DNA of 64,000 nucleotides from an uncultured delta proteobacterium (GTDB taxonomy: Bacteria; Myxococcota; Kuafuiibacteriia; Kuafuiibacteriales; Kuafuiibacteriaceae), in the NCBI GenBank assembly GCA_963803435.1, contig CAWDML010000009.1:416001-480000 (forward strand). The letters are read 5' to 3'. Under the pieces are notes generated by a model. It saw nothing but the letters and a program-made list of their open reading frames with translations. It was not told the DNA's origin and did not search any database. The position numbers and the translations under genes are program-made. Shown here piece after piece: positions 59,048-64,000 of the stretch (the first letter of the stretch is position 1; each line of letters begins with the position of its first letter).

Positions 59048-61728
59048 GCGTCGCTCCGCGGGCGGCCGCTTCTGATCGCGAGGAGCGCGGGCACGAGCAG
59101 GAACGAGGCGACGAGCACGCATCCGACGCCGAGCACCAGCACCAGGCCGATGCTGAAGATGCCCCGGTGGCGCGCCACCAGCAGGCTCCCGAACCCGATC
59201 ATCGTGGTGAGACCGCTGGCGGCCACCGCCCAGGCGGTCGACGTGGCGAGGAGCGAGAACCCAGCGCGCCGGTCCTCGAGGTAGCGCTTGGTGAGATGGA
59301 TACCGCTGTCCACGCCGATTCCGATCAGGAGCGGCAACATGATCGAGTTGGCGAGGTTGAGCTCGACCCCGAACCCGGACATCAGCCCGAGGGCCCAGAT
59401 GCCGCCGACCAGCAACGGTGCGAACGAGAGCGCGATCCCGAGCAGCGTGCGGAGCTCGAGCGCGAGCACCACCAGGATCACGACCAGGGCGTAGAGACCA
59501 CCGCGCTCGTACCCCGCCCGCATCGCGTTGGCGGCCTCGAACGTCTGCACGGGAGCGCCGGTGACGGTGGGGTCGACGGCGCGGAGCTCGCCGAGCAGCT
59601 CGGCCATGTTGTCGTGCTGCCAGATGTCGCTTCGAGCGTAGATCTGGAGGAGGTACCGGCCATGGCGGCCGATGAAGCGTCCGGTGATCGACGGCGGCAG
59701 ATCCGCGAGCGTGACGGGCCCGGGATCCAGGCCGGCGGTGAGCGTGCCGAGCTGGTGATAGAAGTCGTCGAAGAGCCGGACCTCGAACGCTGACAGCTTC
59801 GGGATGGTGTCGCTCGCCGGGAGCGCGGGGAGGATCCGAGCCAGGAGCGCGCGCGTTCGATCGAGCTGCTCCTGATCGGGGCGGCGGCCCGGAGACCAGC
59901 GTGCGGAGGCCGCTTCGCTCAGCTTGAAGCGGATCGACTGGAGCGTGGCGGTGAGGGCGTCGAGATCGATCGGGGCCGGGCGGCGGGGGCGGAGCGAGAG
60001 GTCACCGACCAGCGGCCGGATCGCACGGAGGGCCTCGCGTCGCTCCTCCTGGTGGCTGGGAAGGAGCGACGCGATGCTCTCCACGCGCTCGACCGCGGGG
60101 AGGGTGGCGAAGGCCTCGGCGCGCCGGCGGGTCTCCTCGAGCGTCGGCGCGATCGAGACCGCGTACCACGTGGACCGCTGCGAGCCGGCCATGATCCGTC
60201 GCTCCCAGTCGACCGACTCGGTGCCGTGGGCCTGGAGCTCGAGGAGGTTGTCGTCGAAGGACAGGCGCGGCAGGAGCGCGGCCGTTGCCAACGTGAAGAG
60301 CGCCACGGCGGCGAGCACCCCGTACGCCTGTCCGTCGAGCCACGCCAGTGCGCGCGCGGTGGAGCGGGGCACGGTCGGAGGCCGGCGCGCAGGGCTCGAC
60401 AGCGAGATCAGGGCCGGAAACATCGTGAGGGCGGAGAGGAGGGCGAGCAGCACGCCGGTACCGGCGATGGCGCCGACCTGCGCGAGCCCGCGGAAGCCGG
60501 TGAGCGTGACGGCGTAGAACGCGAGCGCGGTGGTGACGGCGCCCGCGGTCATGCCGGGGCCCGCGCCGATCAACGCCCGCGAGAGCGCGACCTCGTCCGA
60601 GACACCGCCGGCGCGCTCCTCCTGGAAGCGGCAGAGGAGATGAATGCCGAAGTCGATCCCCAGCCCGATCACGATGGCGGTGAACGCGATCGAGAGCACG
60701 GTGAGATAGCCGATGCTCAGCGCCGCGAACCCCAGGGTCCACGCCATCGAGAGCAGCAGCGCGATCCCGGCGTACAACGGCCCGCGGAGCTCGCGGAACA
60801 TGAGGATGAAGAGCAAGAGCACGCCGCCGATCGCGATGAATGTGGAGATCGTCATGTCGCGCCTGCTGGCGGACATCTCGTCGGTGGCGAGCGCGAACAT
60901 CCCCGTCACGCCGGCGTCGACGCTGGGGTGGCGCGCGCGAGCGAGGGCGACGTCGCTCCGGATGGTCGCGAGCACGCCGGCCGCGAAGTCGAAGTCGCCT
61001 GCGCGCTTCTGCGGCTGGATCAGCACGAAGTAGAAGCGCCCGTTCTTCGAGCGGAGGAAGCTGGACGTGCCAGGCTCCACCAGGGCCTTCCACGGGGAGT
61101 GAAACGTCCGGCCGCGGGTGGCCCGCTCGAGCTCGAGGAGGAGCGACTCCAGCACCGACAGGTCGAAGGGCGCGACGTTCTTTCCAGGCGTGGGCTCGCC
61201 GAACAGGCTGGAGAGGGCGTGCGACACCATGGCCGCGCTCATCTCGGTGTTGATGGCCTCGAAGAGACGGTTGAGCCCGGGTCTCGCCGACACGTCGGCA
61301 ATCAGATCGTGGTGCTCCGCCAGCCTGCTCCGGAGCGTCTCGATCTCGGGCCGCGTCAGATAGAGGAGCTTCTTCGAGTCGAGCGCGGAGGTTTCGATGC
61401 GGGCGGAGATCGAGCGGACCCGCTCCGTGTCACGCTCGAGGCTCGCGGCCACGTCGGTGATGAAGTCTTCGATCTCGTCCTGGTCCGGCCCGGTGGCCGC
61501 GATGATGATGTCGTCCGACTTCTCGAACTCGTCGCGGTATCGGCGATAGAGACGGTTGTACGGCCGGTGGGGAGAGATGAGCGCGCTCCGGCTGGTCTCG
61601 AGGCGCAGGTGGCCCGACGCGTAGGCGAGCGACGCGAGCGCCAGCGCGATCCCGGCGGCGAGGAGCAGGGCAGGGTGATCGAACGCGAGGAGCCCCAGCC
61701 TGCCGAAGATGCGCGCTCGGAGGTTCAC
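59044..61728 (-). CDS. MMPL/RND lipid transporter (HpnN-like)
   Basis: 'GLGIDFGIH', 'GAVTTALAF', 'GIGVDSGIH', 'TTMIGFGSL..A.HRG'. Confidence 0.9.
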   Translation of the reverse strand: MNLRARIFGRLGLLAFDHPALLLAAGIALALASLAYASGHLRLETSRSALISPHRPYNRLYRRYRDEFEKSDDIIIAATGPDQDEIEDFITDVAASLERDTERVRSISARIETSALDSKKLLYLTRPEIETLRSRLAEHHDLIADVSARPGLNRLFEAINTEMSAAMVSHALSSLFGEPTPGKNVAPFDLSVLESLLLELERATRGRTFHSPWKALVEPGTSSFLRSKNGRFYFVLIQPQKRAGDFDFAAGVLATIRSDVALARARHPSVDAGVTGMFALATDEMSASRRDMTISTFIAIGGVLLLFILMFRELRGPLYAGIALLLSMAWTLGFAALSIGYLTVLSIAFTAIVIGLGIDFGIHLLCRFQEERAGGVSDEVALSRALIGAGPGMTAGAVTTALAFYAVTLTGFRGLAQVGAIAGTGVLLALLSALTMFPALISLSSPARRPPTVPRSTARALAWLDGQAYGVLAAVALFTLATAALLPRLSFDDNLLELQAHGTESVDWERRIMAGSQRSTWYAVSIAPTLEETRRRAEAFATLPAVERVESIASLLPSHQEERREALRAIRPLVGDLSLRPRRPAPIDLDALTATLQSIRFKLSEAASARWSPGRRPDQEQLDRTRALLARILPALPASDTIPKLSAFEVRLFDDFYHQLGTLTAGLDPGPVTLADLPPSITGRFIGRHGRYLLQIYARSDIWQHDNMAELLGELRAVDPTVTGAPVQTFEAANAMRAGYERGGLYALVVILVVLALELRTLLGIALSFAPLLVGGIWALGLMSGFGVELNLANSIMLPLLIGIGVDSGIHLTKRYLEDRRAGFSLLATSTAWAVAASGLTTMIGFGSLLVARHRGIFSIGLVLVLGVGCVLVASFLLVPALLAIRSGRPRSDA

Positions 61729-61738
61729 CGCTGGGGCC

Positions 61739-63950
61739 TCAGGAGACCGCTCCGAAGAGCTCACCGAGCGCGGCGTCCGAGCCGACCGAGCGGCGCGCCC
61801 GCTCGAACAGCTGGGCCACCGCCTCGCGGCTGATCTTGGGGGTCTTGCCACGCTGGAGCGTGTCCCGGCCGCGCTCGATCTCCGAGAGCGAGGCGAGCGC
61901 GAGGACCAGCGGTACCGTGCAGAACATCCGGACCGCCGCGCCGCCGGACACCGGCCACAGGATGGTGTACTCCTTGGCGCGATCCAGGTGCCGGCGCGCG
62001 TGTGCCGCCAGCGCTCGCATCATGCCCAGTGCGCGCTCGCGCTCCTCGGGGTCGAGCACGCGATCGAGGGCGACGCCGTGCGCCTCGGCCACCGACTGGG
62101 GGATGAAGCAGGCTCCGCGCTCGGAGTCCTCGGCGACGTCCTTGAGGATGTTCACCATCTGCAGCCCGAGCCCGAAGCTGGCGGCGCGGCTGCGGATGCC
62201 GTAGCGACGGTCGGCGCGGAGCTCGGGGACGTCGTGCTCGAACAGCTCGGTCAGGAGCACGCCGACCGTCCCGGCCACGAAGTGGCAGTAGGTCTCGAGA
62301 TCGTCGAGATCGTCGATCTCGAGGTGGCCCCGTTGATCCTGGCGCGCCGCGTAGAAGCGCATGCCTCGGGACATCTCCAGGACGTGTGGTCGGATCGAGC
62401 TGCGCGCGTGGTCCGGCAGGCGGCGAAAGCTGCGAAACACCGAGCCGGAGTTCTTTGCCAGCTCGACCTCCGCCGAGGCGGTGCCGTCGGGGAAGCGGCG
62501 TCGCCACGTACGCTCGAAGCTCGACACCTCCGCGTCGTCTCGCTGGAGCATCCGGTCGAACTCGTCGAAGAGGAGCTGGCGGAGCCTCGGCTCGAGGCCC
62601 GGCTCGTCCTCGACGGTGTCGACGACGCGACACAGGAGGTACGCGGTCCGCACCGACTCGCGGAGGCCCGCCGGGAGGGCGTCGATCGAGAGGGCGAAGG
62701 TTCGCGAGACCAGCGGGAGACAGGCCTCGCAGTACGCTCGGTCCCGCTCCGAGTCGCCGCTGCGCTCGTTCTTGCGCACGTGCAGCCTCATGTGACCCCC
62801 TTGAATTCCTTCGGCCGCCAGCGCACGCAGCGCTCCCAGGTTCTGCGCCAGCCCGACCGACGCCACCAGCCCGGCCAGGGTGGACGCGTTCGCGACGCCC
62901 GAGATCTGGAACGCCGACCGCACCGTCGGGTGGACGCGCGTGATGCCGCCGACAACGCCCACGGCCATCGGGATCGTCATCGCGCCCTCGAGCCGATTGT
63001 GGCGGATGCGCCAGCGCGCCAGCGGCGCATACCGACCCGAGCTCGACGCGTACGCGTGGGCCGCCGCCTCCACCGCCCGCCAGTCCTGTCCGAAGGCGAC
63101 CAGGACCGCGTCGATCCCGTTCATGATCCCCTTGTTGTGGGTGGTGGCTCGATGCGCGTCGCGTTCGGCGAAGACCGTGGCTTCCAGAATCCCGAGGGCC
63201 AGGTCCGCTCCGCGGCCGGCGCTCTTTCGAATCGAGCGCCGCCAGGGGCACGGCGCCCCAGACGCGGACGGTCCGCAGGTGGCACAGGTTCGTGAGGATG
63301 CGGAGTCGAACGCGTCCGCCGGCCAGCCGCTCCAACTCGGGCGCCAGCTCTTCGCACATCGAGTTGATCAGGTTGGCGCCCATCGCCTCACCGACGTCGA
63401 CGAGCAGATGAACGATGAACATCGAGGGGAGCGGATCCGTGGCACCGGCGGGATCGAGGATCCGGACGCTGAGATCGCGCGCCCCACCGCCGGCCGTGAC
63501 GAGCCGGGGGTGGAGGGCGTTGGCCCGGGCCAGGAGCTCGGTCCGGGCGGCGCCGATCGCCGCACGCGCGCGATCGGGATCCGCGACGTCGAGCAGCTGG
63601 ATCTGTCCCTCCATCAGCGGCGGCGCGACTCTGGTGAAGATCCCCCCACCGGCGCGCAGCAGCTTGGCCGCGTGACTGGCCGCCGCGATCACCGAGGGCT
63701 CCTCGATCGCCATCGGGACGATCCGGTCCCGGCCGTCCACCCGCAGGTTGACGCAGACGCCCAGCGGCAGCCCGAGGACGCCGATCGCGTTCTCCACCAT
63801 GCGATCGGCGCGATCCGTGTCGAGGCCGCGAGCCAGGTCGTCCAGCACGTTGGGCCCCAGCCGCTCGCCCAGACGTGAAATGCGCTCGACCGGTGAGAGG
63901 CGGTAGAAGCCGGGTAGCTCGCTGCTTGTTTCGCTGGTGATTCGAGCCAT
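61739..63950 (-). CDS. class II HMG-CoA reductase fused to squalene synthase; one extra base near 63230
   Basis: HMGR motifs ENAIG, EEPSV, EAMGAN, THNKGIMNG, GIQGGHMRLH, then in frame SQS motifs SRTF, DTVED, YCHFVAGTVG, GLQMVNILKD. Confidence 0.85.
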
Positions 63951-64000
63951 CGAGGGCGCTCCCTGGCCGATCGTACAAGGCACATGCCACGGCGAACGGA

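Overview
64 kb of very GC-rich bacterial DNA. The gene content (many lipoproteins, Cys-rich surface repeats, sigma-54 regulators, caspase/ECF operon, HMG-CoA reductase) points to a Myxococcota-like deltaproteobacterium; this is an inference. I found no rRNA, tRNA or CRISPR array. At least 11 genes are broken by single-base indels, and most of these lie in or next to GATC, which suggests methylation-related long-read errors rather than true pseudogenes. The main contents are: (1) an adenosine-deaminase + SLOG + NUDT9-like Nudix fusion; (2) a selenocysteine formate-dehydrogenase-type operon (in-frame UGA plus SECIS hairpin) coupled to a carotenoid oxygenase; (3) two tandem NtrC-type regulators, a sensor-less kinase and several sigma-54 promoters; (4) a DUF1549-like / DUF1501 / cytochrome c module; (5) Ig/vWA surface lipoproteins, divergent twin mgtE genes and a copper-monooxygenase lipoprotein; (6) an ECF sigma / anti-sigma / caspase operon; (7) a pseudokinase-STAS-GGDEF/EAL cluster; (8) an IS1182-derived element carrying a four-helix-bundle gene between long inverted arms with hexamer repeats, next to an IS630 inserted at the same CTAG; (9) an HMG-CoA reductase-squalene synthase fusion heading an RND/MlaC/TolC lipid-export operon. 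Family assignments come from motif recognition by eye, not from database searches.
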